Assembly: GCA_964536865.1 (NCBI GenBank)
Contig: CAZHYN010000005.1
Location: 24,729 to 56,728, forward strand
Length of the DNA stretch: 32,000 nucleotides
Direction: 5' to 3'
DNA from: an uncultured Planctomycetia bacterium
Lineage (GTDB): Bacteria > Omnitrophota > Gorgyraeia > Duberdicusellales > 4484-171
The notes under the pieces are model-generated. The model did no database searches, was not told the origin of the DNA, and was given only the letters and a program-made list of their open reading frames with translations. Numbering within the stretch: position 1 is the first letter of the stretch; every line of letters begins with the position of its first letter. Positions 16,196 through 25,413 of the stretch are shown piece by piece. A program made the translations under genes and the position numbers.

Positions 16196-18187
16196 TCATT
16201 TCCCATAATACTTTCTAATTTCAACATTATCGTAGTAATGAAAAATAATATCCTTATAACTGTAACCCTTCTCCGCTAAAGCAACCGCACCTCGCTGGCA
16301 CATCCCTACGCCGTGGCCAAAACCTGCTCCCCAGAAAATAAGCATATTGGGTTTAACCACTCCATCTTTGATGATATACTTTATCTCAATTTTAAAAGCG
16401 CTACTTTTTAAGTTATCAAAAAAATTTCTTATCTTTAAGTCTCCTCTTATCTGTTTAACTTTACCTTCAATTTCTACTTCAATTTCTTTAACATGAAGGC
16501 AATCACCACGAGATTTTACTGTTATTCTTTCTAACTCCTCCAGAGAATAACCAAAAACTAACTTAAAATCTTCTCTATCGTAAACTCTCTGCCATCGGAA
16601 GTTACTATTTTTATCTTGAGAGCATAAGCTTTCTCTCTTCTCTTTGAACCACCTTTCCTCTTCCCAAGGAGTTAAACTTAATTTAGATTTATCTTCACTA
16701 TCTCTCAAATTAGAATGCAAATAACCTCTTCTGCCAAAAAGCTTTCCCCTTAAGCAACCTCCACAGTTAGCATGGTAGAATGCTTCAATAGGGGTATCTT
16801 GATAGACGACTACCTCTCCCCGAGTCTCATCTACAGCCTTGTTAGTAAGAGAACTTTCTACATTAAGACCCCGATAAACCTGACAGTGCACCTCGCTACA
16901 GAAATCGAAACCTTCCTTTTTATGCCGGCCAAGATTCTTAAGAGCTATAGTCCGAGATATTACTGCTTGTGCTTTTAATGCTTCTAAAGGAGAATTGGCA
17001 TAAATCTCTGCAGGAATAACCCCATAAAGGTATTCCTCTAAGTTTAAAACATTGATAACAATAATTTTCCCATCTCTCAAAGTTACCTGAAGATCTCCTC
17101 GGTAAGCATTATCGACTTTTCTCTGCCAAAACTCACCTGGTCCATAAGTTACATCTAAAATATAGAATGGATAGTTAGGAGCCGTTATCTTCAATGGAGG
17201 AGTTAAAAGAGTAATTTCTCTTTTACTATCATATACTCTTAAAGATATTCTCCCTTTCTCAACACAGAGAGAGTAAAATTTTTCCCCCTTAGCTTTAACT
17301 ATCTTATTCCTACCATAGATTTTAAAATCATTTCCACACTTAAACGTAAATCTCTTTACCCCCTCTAAAATTTTCACCTTTACTTCTGGAATATTCCCTT
17401 CCACTCGATGATAGGATAGAAGTTTAATTTTTTTTCTCCTTTTCTCTTGTAGTTGTCTCCATCTAAAGAAAAACTTTTTACCCAACTTTTCCTTAGTTAA
17501 CTTTAACTTCTCCTTTATTACCTCTATAGGGTAAAAGTTAACTGCTTTAGAAAAGAAACGATAAGCAGAGGAATATTTCTTTTCTCTGAAAAAAGAGTCC
17601 GCTAAATAGTAGTAAGCCAGCCTTATACTGGGGTCTATCTGGATAGTTTTTTTAAAATATTTTATTGCCTGCAGAAATTTCTTCTCTTTATAGAATATCT
17701 TCGCTAATTGATAGGAAGCTAAACTCAAGCCTCCTAAGTTAAGAGCTTCTAGATAGTACTTCTTAGCTAAAGATAATTTATCTAAATCTTGGTAGACTAA
17801 TCCCAAGTAGAGATTGATAAGGGTATCTTGAGGTGTTCTTCCTTTAAGTTCTTTCAGAATAACTAAGGCTTTTTCTGAGTTCCCTCTTAGATAATATAAA
17901 TAGGCTAAAAATTTCTTTATTTCTAAATCTACTTCTCTCCATTCTTTGTGAGAAATAAACTCCTCTATTATTTTCAAAGCTTTTTTGTACTCTCCTCTAT
18001 CCTTGTAAAGAGAAGCTAAATCTAAGCAACTACTCTTATTATGAGAGATTTTCTCCCATCTCTGGGATAAAAACTCATCTCTTCTTAAGTACTCCTTGTG
18101 ATGATGTAAAGAGGAGGCGTCTGAAGAAAAGATGGATGAAATAGAAAAAGAAACAAATAACACCAGAAAGAGAAAAATAAGTCTCAT
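16196..18187 (-). CDS. Secreted TPR-repeat / SpoIID-LytB domain fusion protein
   Basis: 663 aa. Signal-like N-terminus (MRLIFLFLVLFVSFSISSIFS), about 200 aa of TPR-like repeats, and a C-terminal SpoIID block with YHANCGG and GFGHGVGMCQRGAVALAEKGYSYKDIIFHYY. Confidence 0.8.
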   Translation of the reverse strand: MRLIFLFLVLFVSFSISSIFSSDASSLHHHKEYLRRDEFLSQRWEKISHNKSSCLDLASLYKDRGEYKKALKIIEEFISHKEWREVDLEIKKFLAYLYYLRGNSEKALVILKELKGRTPQDTLINLYLGLVYQDLDKLSLAKKYYLEALNLGGLSLASYQLAKIFYKEKKFLQAIKYFKKTIQIDPSIRLAYYYLADSFFREKKYSSAYRFFSKAVNFYPIEVIKEKLKLTKEKLGKKFFFRWRQLQEKRRKKIKLLSYHRVEGNIPEVKVKILEGVKRFTFKCGNDFKIYGRNKIVKAKGEKFYSLCVEKGRISLRVYDSKREITLLTPPLKITAPNYPFYILDVTYGPGEFWQRKVDNAYRGDLQVTLRDGKIIVINVLNLEEYLYGVIPAEIYANSPLEALKAQAVISRTIALKNLGRHKKEGFDFCSEVHCQVYRGLNVESSLTNKAVDETRGEVVVYQDTPIEAFYHANCGGCLRGKLFGRRGYLHSNLRDSEDKSKLSLTPWEEERWFKEKRESLCSQDKNSNFRWQRVYDREDFKLVFGYSLEELERITVKSRGDCLHVKEIEVEIEGKVKQIRGDLKIRNFFDNLKSSAFKIEIKYIIKDGVVKPNMLIFWGAGFGHGVGMCQRGAVALAEKGYSYKDIIFHYYDNVEIRKYYGK

Positions 18188-18294
18188 TTTAGAATAGCTT
18201 TAGGAACTAAATCTATAATCTCCTTGACTTCAACCACATAAATGAGTTGAGGTCTTGAAAGAGAAGCCTTCTCTTTAGGTGGGGATAAAACCAT
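18184..18294 (-). CDS. Candidate 36-aa ORF (MVLSPPKEKASLSRPQLIYVVEVKEIIDLVPKAILK) whose stop overlaps the SpoIID-gene ATG (ATGA)
   Basis: ATG at 18294..18292 directly follows AGGAGA, a very short SD spacing. The TGA at 18186..18184 overlaps the ATG at 18187..18185. No family recognised. Confidence 0.15.
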   Translation of the reverse strand: MVLSPPKEKASLSRPQLIYVVEVKEIIDLVPKAILK

Positions 18295-18304
18295 TCTCCT
18301 GGAG

Positions 18305-18342
18305 TAAAACTTCTTTTAGAAGTATATAAGCTACTTCTAAAA
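18305..18342 (-). terminator. AT-rich hairpin terminator after the lpx-operon terminal gene
   Basis: Perfect 11-bp inverted repeat TTTTAGAAGTA / TACTTCTAAAA (18314..18324 and 18332..18342) with a 7-nt loop, followed in minus sense by GAAGTTTTAC. Confidence 0.45.
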
Positions 18343-18355
18343 CTATCTAGAATAC

Positions 18356-18613
18356 TTACTCTTCTATTATCTTATAAACCCTATCGTTAGGGTGAACCTT
18401 TTGAGCCACTTTAATTCCCACTAAATCTCCCTGCTTAGCCTCCTCTACTGGTGAATGCTCAATCTGCATAGATTCTACTACCTGAGTAAAATCATCGTGA
18501 GTTCCCTTGAAGTGAATTTTATCTCCTACTTTTAAAGAATCCTTAAGTTGAATAATTCCCACGGAAATCTTTCCGAAATAGTGAGTAACTATACCCACTT
18601 CTTTTTCTTCCAT
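18356..18613 (-). CDS. Small EF-Tu domain-2-like beta-barrel protein ('translation elongation factor-like')
   Basis: 85 aa. VGDKIHFKG....VESMQIEHSPVEEAKQGDLVGIKV resembles the EF-Tu/IF2 domain II barrel. Strong SD (GGAAGGAGGG). Confidence 0.5.
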   Translation of the reverse strand: MEEKEVGIVTHYFGKISVGIIQLKDSLKVGDKIHFKGTHDDFTQVVESMQIEHSPVEEAKQGDLVGIKVAQKVHPNDRVYKIIEE

Positions 18614-18645
18614 CTTTCCCTCCTTCCTTAAGTTTCTTTAGAAAG

Positions 18646-19452
18646 TTAATTTACTTTTCTCTCTCCTATAATAGAAATTCCCCATTTATCCGCTAAGTTT
18701 AGGAATTTCTTCTTATCTAGAATTATCACTCTCCCCTCTTCTAAAATTAGAGCTTTAGCTTTTATCTTCCTCAAAAGACGTAAAGTGCCTATCCCCACCA
18801 CAGGAACATCAAATCTTAAATCCTGTTCTCTTTTGCTAAACTTAAATACTAAACAATCTCTGCCAGCAATTTTATAAGCTCTCGTAATTGTCCTATCTGT
18901 ACCTTCTAAAGCTTCTATAGCTACTACCGCTTTATTCTTTATTACCAAAGTCTGCCCTACATCCAACTCTACATACCTAGAAACTATCTTAAGACCCCAC
19001 TCTATCTGAGCGAGAAGTTCTCTATCAAGTTCTATTTTATTCATCACTCCTTTATGAGCTAAATTATCTTTTAAATAGGAAGTAGAATCTAAAAATTTAA
19101 ATCCCTCTCTCTCTAACAAAGAGATTATTTTAGAAAATATTGAATGGGGTCGGAAGTCGGTTTCTTTCACTACTTCTAAAATAGAATTATCCCACTTACT
19201 TCTCCTAAATATTCTCCAAGGACTAATCTGGCCTACCATTACACACTCTTTTATATCTTCCTTTCTGAGAATATCTATCACCTCTTCCAATCTTCCTACA
19301 TCCACCCAATAGGACCTATCTACTAATCTAACGATTTCAGGATTAGTCTCTCCTTTAAAACATATCCCCACTATTTTTAAATTGTTTTTTTTAGCTTGAC
19401 TAGCAAAGAGTAAGGGGAGATCTCTGTTTCCTGCTAAAAGCCCAATCTTCAT
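18646..19452 (-). CDS. lpxI: UDP-2,3-diacylglucosamine pyrophosphatase LpxI (DUF1009)
   Basis: 268 aa. MKIGLLAGNRDLP, LDVGQTLVIKNKAVVAIEALEGTDRTI and DLRFDVPVVGIGT blocks. Positioned directly after lpxA. Confidence 0.8.
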   Translation of the reverse strand: MKIGLLAGNRDLPLLFASQAKKNNLKIVGICFKGETNPEIVRLVDRSYWVDVGRLEEVIDILRKEDIKECVMVGQISPWRIFRRSKWDNSILEVVKETDFRPHSIFSKIISLLEREGFKFLDSTSYLKDNLAHKGVMNKIELDRELLAQIEWGLKIVSRYVELDVGQTLVIKNKAVVAIEALEGTDRTITRAYKIAGRDCLVFKFSKREQDLRFDVPVVGIGTLRLLRKIKAKALILEEGRVIILDKKKFLNLADKWGISIIGERKVN

Positions 19453-20225
19453 CTAGCAATTCCTCTTTTAGAGGAAGCAATAAAAGTTAAAAGTTTATCT
19501 AATTCTGGAGAGGAAGGAAGTTTATTTAAAATTATCTCTCGAGCGGAGGAGAAGGTATGTTTTTCAAAGAAGATTATCTTAAAAGCTTTCCTTATTGCCT
19601 CTATTTTTTCCTCAGAAAACCCTGCCCTCCTTAATCCTACAACATTTACACTATATACTTTTGCAGGATGACCATCACATAGAGAGTATGGAGGAATATC
19701 CTGCACTACCTTGGAACAACCTCCAATTATAGAGTAACTACCTATCCGACAGAACTGATGAATAGCAACCAGTCCTCCTATTACTACTCTGTCTTCTATC
19801 TCCACGTGTCCTGCCAAAGTTGCTGTATTAGCCAAGATATTATTATCTCCAATCTTACAATTATGAGCAATATGAGAATAAGCCATTATCAAGTTATTAC
19901 TTCCTACTAAGGTAGCACTTCCCTCTTCTGTTCCAGGATTTATAGTTACAAATTCCCTAATAATATTATTGTCTCCAACAATAACGAAGGTTCTTTCACC
20001 TTTATACTTTAGATCTTGAGGAACGCTACCTATAACTGCATAGGAGTAAATCTTACAGCTCTTTCCTACTTCAGTATTTCCTAAGAGTTGAACAAAACTT
20101 CCAATTATTGTAGAAGAACCTATCTTTACATCCTTCTCTATCACCGCATAAGGACCTACTTTTACATCTTCATCAAGGAAAGCTTCAGGATGGACTATCG
20201 CCTTGGGATGAATCTCTACCCCCAT
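19449..20225 (-). CDS. lpxA: UDP-N-acetylglucosamine O-acyltransferase
   Basis: 258 aa. IHPKAIVHP start, long hexapeptide-repeat region, HIAHNCKIGDN, and a C-terminal helical domain (GLRRAGFS). Confidence 0.9.
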   Translation of the reverse strand: MGVEIHPKAIVHPEAFLDEDVKVGPYAVIEKDVKIGSSTIIGSFVQLLGNTEVGKSCKIYSYAVIGSVPQDLKYKGERTFVIVGDNNIIREFVTINPGTEEGSATLVGSNNLIMAYSHIAHNCKIGDNNILANTATLAGHVEIEDRVVIGGLVAIHQFCRIGSYSIIGGCSKVVQDIPPYSLCDGHPAKVYSVNVVGLRRAGFSEEKIEAIRKAFKIIFFEKHTFSSAREIILNKLPSSPELDKLLTFIASSKRGIAR

Positions 20226-20233
20226 AGCTTCTT

Positions 20234-20262
20234 ATTATATCAGAAAAAGAAAAGGGAGCAAA
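20234..20262 (-). promoter_or_regulatory. Perfect extended -10 promoter 8 nt upstream of the lpxA ATG
   Basis: Minus sense TTTGCT (20262..20257), 17-nt spacer, TGaTATAAT (TG at 20242..20241, hexamer 20239..20234), then AAGAAGCT and the ATG. No clear SD. Confidence 0.4.
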
Positions 20263-20278
20263 TTGTTTTAAGGAGGGG

Positions 20279-21592
20279 TTAAGACTCTACCAGAGCAAAC
20301 ATAAGCTCTGCTTCCGCAGTTAATTTATTATCCACAAAAGCTTTAGTGTACACTGTCCCTGTCTTACTTTTAATTTTCCCCACAACTACCTCTATAACCA
20401 GCTGATCCCCTGGTTCTACAGTCCGGCGGAATTTTACCCCATTAGCAGCCATAAAGTAAGCGAGCTTTCCTCTATTCTCCTCACTGGCAAGCATCAAGAC
20501 TCCTCCCACCTGAGCCATAGCTTCAATGATTAGAACTCCCGGCATAACGGGACGGTTAGGAAAATGTCCTTTAAAGAAGTAATCATTAATAGTAACGTTT
20601 TTAATGCCCACCGCTTTCTTCCCAGGATCAAGGTAAAGAATCCTATCGATGAGCAGGAAGGGATAGCGATGAGGTAAGATCTTCATTATTTCCTCTACAG
20701 AAAGTTCTCTGGAAGCAGGAAGATAACCAGAAAAGGAGGTAACTCCTCCCGAAGTTGCTTTCCTCTGGTATTCCTTAATTTTCTTCACTAGTTTTATGTT
20801 AAGAGCATGGCCACTCTTTATAGCAATTATGTGTCCCTTTAAAGGTCCCGCTAGGTATAAATCTCCTAGCAAATCCAAAACCTTATGTTTTACAAATTCA
20901 TCCTCTATCCTCAACCCATTATCAATTATTCTATCTTTAGCTACTACCAAAGTATTTTCATAGTTAGAACCCTTACCTAAACCCATATCTAGAAGAGACT
21001 TTACTTCCTCCTCTAAACAAAATGTCCTTGCTTGGTAGAGATCATCTTTAAGGGATCCATCTAGAACCAAATCTATATACCCAGTATTAATGAGCGGATT
21101 ATTATATTTTAAGGTGTAGGAAATTCTAAAATCTGCACTAGGCAAAATTGTCAGACTAGAGTTATCCTCTTCTATCCATAGAGGTTCTTTGATAGTGAGA
21201 TATCTTTTGTAAGCATCCTGTTCTACTTTCCCTACGCTCTCTAAAGCTTCCACAAAAGCCTTAGCACTTCCATCCATACCAGGAACCTCTTCTCCCCAGA
21301 TGTTTATCTGAAGGTTATCTATCCCTAAGATACTCAAGGCAGCCATAAGATGTTCGATAGTATGAACATAAACTCCACCCATCCCTATAGAGGTCCGTCG
21401 AGGAAATATATGAGGTTCTACTACATTGTAATAATCTGCTTTTATCATCACTTGATCAGGTAAATCTTTTCTTAGAAAGAAAATCCCAGAATTTGGGGGG
21501 GCAGGTAAGAATTCTAACTTTGTTTCTTCCCCAGTGTGAAGTCCTACTCCCTCTAAAACCACTTTATCCGCAATAGTAACCTGTTTCTTCAT
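20279..21592 (-). CDS. lpxC-fabZ: Bifunctional UDP-3-O-acyl-GlcNAc deacetylase / 3-hydroxyacyl-ACP dehydratase (LpxC-FabZ fusion)
   Basis: 437 aa. The N-terminal LpxC part has GVGLHTG, HTIEHLMAAL and HKVLDLLGDL. The C-terminal FabZ hot-dog part has LPHRYPFLLIDR, FFKGHFPNRPVMPGVLIIEAMAQ. Confidence 0.9.
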   Translation of the reverse strand: MKKQVTIADKVVLEGVGLHTGEETKLEFLPAPPNSGIFFLRKDLPDQVMIKADYYNVVEPHIFPRRTSIGMGGVYVHTIEHLMAALSILGIDNLQINIWGEEVPGMDGSAKAFVEALESVGKVEQDAYKRYLTIKEPLWIEEDNSSLTILPSADFRISYTLKYNNPLINTGYIDLVLDGSLKDDLYQARTFCLEEEVKSLLDMGLGKGSNYENTLVVAKDRIIDNGLRIEDEFVKHKVLDLLGDLYLAGPLKGHIIAIKSGHALNIKLVKKIKEYQRKATSGGVTSFSGYLPASRELSVEEIMKILPHRYPFLLIDRILYLDPGKKAVGIKNVTINDYFFKGHFPNRPVMPGVLIIEAMAQVGGVLMLASEENRGKLAYFMAANGVKFRRTVEPGDQLVIEVVVGKIKSKTGTVYTKAFVDNKLTAEAELMFALVES

Positions 21593-22626
21593 CTCTTTTT
21601 TAAAGCTTTTTCTAATTCTGCTACCTTTGCTTCTAAGTCCTTTATTTTTTTATAAAGTTGAGGGAGTCTTTGTACACAAGCATTTACTCTCTTAGCTACA
21701 TCATGGGGTTTGGCAGGGTAACCGGAGACTTTAGTATGAGGAGGTACTGATTTTGTCACTCCTGCCTGAGCAGCAACGATAGAGCCTTCTCCGATAGTAA
21801 TATGTCCTACAACCCCTGCCTGCCCTGCTAAAATTACCCCCTCACCTAAAGAAGTACTTCCCGAAATACCTGCCTGGGCTACTATGATACAATTTTTACC
21901 AATAACTACGTTGTGAGCAATTTGTACTAGGTTGTCAATCTTAGTTCCTTTGCCAATCACCGTCTTATCGAATCTTGCTCTATCAATAGTTACATTTGCT
22001 CCAATTTCTACATCATCCTCTATCACCACTGTACCTATCTGAGGAATTTTTTCCTGAACCCCTTTTACTGTAGCAAACCCAAATCCATCACTTCCTATAA
22101 CTGCACCAGAGTGAATAATTACTCGAGATCCAATCTCAATTCTCTCTCTTATAGAGACATTAGGATAAATTAAACAATCGCTACCAATATGAGTGTAGTG
22201 TCCTATATAACAACCTCCATAAATTATGGAGTTATCTCCAATCTCTACTCCCTTCTCTATAATCGTATAGGCCCCTACAGAAATATTTTTACCCAATCGA
22301 GCAGTTTCATCAATAATTGCTGTGGGATGAATACCTTTAGGATGTCTTATATCATTAGGAGCCACCAAACTCACTACTTTAGCGAAAGCCAAAGAGGGAT
22401 TTTCTGTTCTAATCAAAGGCTTTTTACTATCGGTTATATCTTTAGAAGTAATGATTGCCGAAGCTTTCGTTGTCTTCATAAGGTGAAAATATTTAGGATT
22501 AGCTAAGAAAGTAATATCTCCCTCTTTTGCTTCTTTTATCCCTGAGATACCTGTAATTACTATATCAGGATTCCCAATTAATTCTCCTTCTATGAGTTGT
22601 GCAATCTCTTTCAAAGTAAACTTCAT
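21589..22626 (-). CDS. lpxD: UDP-3-O-acylglucosamine N-acyltransferase
   Basis: 345 aa. N-terminal LKEIAQLIEGEL, ITFLANPKY, a long left-handed beta-helix repeat region (IAHNVVIGKN...) and a C-terminal coiled tail. Confidence 0.9.
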   Translation of the reverse strand: MKFTLKEIAQLIEGELIGNPDIVITGISGIKEAKEGDITFLANPKYFHLMKTTKASAIITSKDITDSKKPLIRTENPSLAFAKVVSLVAPNDIRHPKGIHPTAIIDETARLGKNISVGAYTIIEKGVEIGDNSIIYGGCYIGHYTHIGSDCLIYPNVSIRERIEIGSRVIIHSGAVIGSDGFGFATVKGVQEKIPQIGTVVIEDDVEIGANVTIDRARFDKTVIGKGTKIDNLVQIAHNVVIGKNCIIVAQAGISGSTSLGEGVILAGQAGVVGHITIGEGSIVAAQAGVTKSVPPHTKVSGYPAKPHDVAKRVNACVQRLPQLYKKIKDLEAKVAELEKALKKR

Positions 22627-23123
22627 TTTTTATACCTCTGGTTTATAAGTTTTAAAATTGTCTCTGTTAAATCTATACCTTCATTGCCATAAACTATTGC
22701 TCCTTTGTTAAGTATCAAATCGAAATTATTCTTAATAGCATACTCTTTTACTACCTTTTCTATATCTTTGACAATTTCCTCCATCTTCTCATCTCTCTCT
22801 TTCTTGAGATCAAGAATAACTTGTCTCTCTTGTTCACGATAATCCTGCGCAGCCTTAGATATCTTCTCTCTCTCTTTTTTTTGTTCTTCCTCTTTGAGTA
22901 AGTCTAATCTATCCTGCATCTTCTTAATCTCATTCCTCTTCTTCTCTAACTCTTTCTCTTTAGATTTCTTCTTATCCTCTAAGATCTTATCATAATCTTT
23001 TGTCTTTTTATATTCCCTAAACACCTTAAACACATCAATATAACCAACCTTTAAATTCTGAGAGAAACTATCTAATGACAGAATTAAACTAAAAATAAAG
23101 ATAAGTAATGTAACTCTTTTCAT
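22623..23123 (-). CDS. skp: Periplasmic chaperone Skp/OmpH
   Basis: 166 aa. Signal peptide, KVGYIDVFKVF, and a long Lys/Glu coiled-coil. Canonical position between bamA and lpxD. Confidence 0.8.
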   Translation of the reverse strand: MKRVTLLIFIFSLILSLDSFSQNLKVGYIDVFKVFREYKKTKDYDKILEDKKKSKEKELEKKRNEIKKMQDRLDLLKEEEQKKEREKISKAAQDYREQERQVILDLKKERDEKMEEIVKDIEKVVKEYAIKNNFDLILNKGAIVYGNEGIDLTETILKLINQRYKK

Positions 23124-23138
23124 TTATATCCTCCCTTA

Positions 23139-25406
23139 TTAAAAACCTCTGCTTATATTAAAATGAAATCTCCCTTTCTTCCCTTCTTCTCCTGGTTCTT
23201 TGTTAAGAGGCCAACCGTAATCCACACTAATAGGTCCAATAGGAGTCTTTACTCTTAACCCCAAACCTACACTAGATTTAAGCCCTCCACTTAAAAAATC
23301 CCCCCGTTTCTTCCATACATTTCCTGTATCAAAAAAAGTAGCTACTTTTAAAAAATCTGTTAAAGAATATGTATACTCTGCATTGTAGATAAATAGAGCT
23401 TCCCCTCCCACAGGGTCTTCTGTAACAGGATCAATAGGCCCTACCTTTCTCTCATGGTATCCTCGGATAGTGGAAGAACCTCCTGCAAAAAATCTCTCAT
23501 AGATAGGCACTTTTTCTGTGTCAGAGAATGGATTAGCCATACCTGCTCTTAATTTTAATTCTATCACTGATTTACTCTTTATAGGAAAGTAAAAACTAAC
23601 ACGAGAAAGTAACTTAGTAAAATCTCTATCTCCTCCCAAAAACCCACCTGTAACTTGAATAAAGTTAGAAAAATAAATACCTTGAGTAGGATTGAATACA
23701 TTATCCCTTGTATCCCAAGATAGATTAAACTCTAAGCTAGAAAGGTCACTGGTTCCTTCTTCCTCTTTTAAATCTTGTGTTGCATCTTCTACCACATCAC
23801 TTATTTGAATTCTTTCAAATCTATAAGCCAGCCCTCCTCTAAAATAATCACTAAACTCTTTACCTAACCTTAACGCTCCTCCCCGTGCATCACTCTGATA
23901 AGCATACCCTACATCTTCTTCTCTTTCGTGTTCTTTTTTATAACCATCAAATCCAAAGGAAACAGGCATGTCAAATATCCAGGGATTAGTGAAACTGAGC
24001 TCATAAGATTCAGTAAGAGTACCAAAGCTACCATAGAGACTTAAATCTTGACCTGCTCCGGTAAAAGTTTTGAAATTTTTGTAATCAAAGTTACGCTGAC
24101 GTAACTCTATAAATCCAATAAACTCATCTACCGAAGAGTAACCCCCTCCGAAACTTAAATAACCTGTTTTTGCTTCTTTAACTTCCACAATCAGATTCTG
24201 CCAGTTTGGTCTAGAACCTGGTTCAGTATCAAATCTTACCTCTTCAAAAAAACCTAAATTTTCTAACCGTTGGCGAGACTTTTTAATCTTTATCCCTTCA
24301 AATTTATCTCCCGGGTATATCCTTAACTCCCTACGTATAACTTTATCCTTTGTCTTCTGGTTACCTCTTATGTGAATCATTTCTACATAATTTACCTCAT
24401 TTTCGGTAATACGGAAAACCACATCTACTTTTTTAGTTTGAGGATTAAAGTAACTTAGGGGGGTAACTTGAGCAAAAATATAACCTTTATCGAAGTAGAT
24501 AGCTTGGATATCTAAAGCTTGTTTCTCTACTTTAGTTTTGGTAAAGATATCTCCTTCTTTAAGTTTTATAACTTTCTTAATTTCATTATCTGATACTTCT
24601 CTATTTCCTTCTATATTAACTTTGCCTATATAGTAACACTTCCCTTCTTTAATCTTTATAGTAACAAAAACCTTTCCATCTAAGGTGTCCCAGCTAGAAC
24701 TTACCTCTACATCACTAAAACCTTGCTTTCTATAGAAATCTTTAATTCGCTCTACATCATCTTCTAAAACTTCCTTTTTAAAAATGCCTTTTCTAAAGAG
24801 CCATGCTTCTTTGATTTTCATCAACTTCTTAATTCTCTTGGTAGAAAAAGTTTCATTGCCTTTTATAATTATCTTTCTAACCTTTGCTACTCCTTTCTCA
24901 TCAATTATCACTTTAAGATGAGCTTCGTTAGTATCTTTTTTAATATCAACCTCGTAAGTGACTTTTGCCTCAGCAAATCCCTTCTTTTGATAAAGATCTT
25001 TGACCGCTAAAAGTGCATCTTTTACTTCTACTTCATCCAAAAAGATCCCTTCTTTTAAACCTATTACTTCTCTTATTCTCTTTCTATTGATACGTCTTGC
25101 TCCCTTTATAGTAATCTTTTTAAGAATAGGTTTTTCTTTCAATTTAAATCTTACTACTATCCCTTGAGGAGTTGAGATTTTTTCTACCTCTACATTGTCA
25201 AAATAACCTAAACTCATAAGGGACTTTATATCTTCATTAATTATGTTTTCATTATAAGACTGGTTAGCTCTTACCTTTATATTGGAGATTATCGTAGCGT
25301 TACTTATAATTTTGTTGCCTTCTATCTCTATCTTTACAATCTTCTCCTGAGCTAAACAGAACAAAGATAAAAAAATAAAAAATATAGCTATTATTGTCCT
25401 TTTCAT
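23139..25406 (-). CDS. bamA: Outer-membrane protein assembly factor BamA
   Basis: 755 aa. Signal peptide, repeated POTRA-like modules (I..I.I.GN......I), and a C-terminal beta-barrel with RGY and a terminal aromatic residue (..NISRGF). Confidence 0.9.
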   Translation of the reverse strand: MKRTIIAIFFIFLSLFCLAQEKIVKIEIEGNKIISNATIISNIKVRANQSYNENIINEDIKSLMSLGYFDNVEVEKISTPQGIVVRFKLKEKPILKKITIKGARRINRKRIREVIGLKEGIFLDEVEVKDALLAVKDLYQKKGFAEAKVTYEVDIKKDTNEAHLKVIIDEKGVAKVRKIIIKGNETFSTKRIKKLMKIKEAWLFRKGIFKKEVLEDDVERIKDFYRKQGFSDVEVSSSWDTLDGKVFVTIKIKEGKCYYIGKVNIEGNREVSDNEIKKVIKLKEGDIFTKTKVEKQALDIQAIYFDKGYIFAQVTPLSYFNPQTKKVDVVFRITENEVNYVEMIHIRGNQKTKDKVIRRELRIYPGDKFEGIKIKKSRQRLENLGFFEEVRFDTEPGSRPNWQNLIVEVKEAKTGYLSFGGGYSSVDEFIGFIELRQRNFDYKNFKTFTGAGQDLSLYGSFGTLTESYELSFTNPWIFDMPVSFGFDGYKKEHEREEDVGYAYQSDARGGALRLGKEFSDYFRGGLAYRFERIQISDVVEDATQDLKEEEGTSDLSSLEFNLSWDTRDNVFNPTQGIYFSNFIQVTGGFLGGDRDFTKLLSRVSFYFPIKSKSVIELKLRAGMANPFSDTEKVPIYERFFAGGSSTIRGYHERKVGPIDPVTEDPVGGEALFIYNAEYTYSLTDFLKVATFFDTGNVWKKRGDFLSGGLKSSVGLGLRVKTPIGPISVDYGWPLNKEPGEEGKKGRFHFNISRGF

Positions 25407-25413
25407 TTAAATT

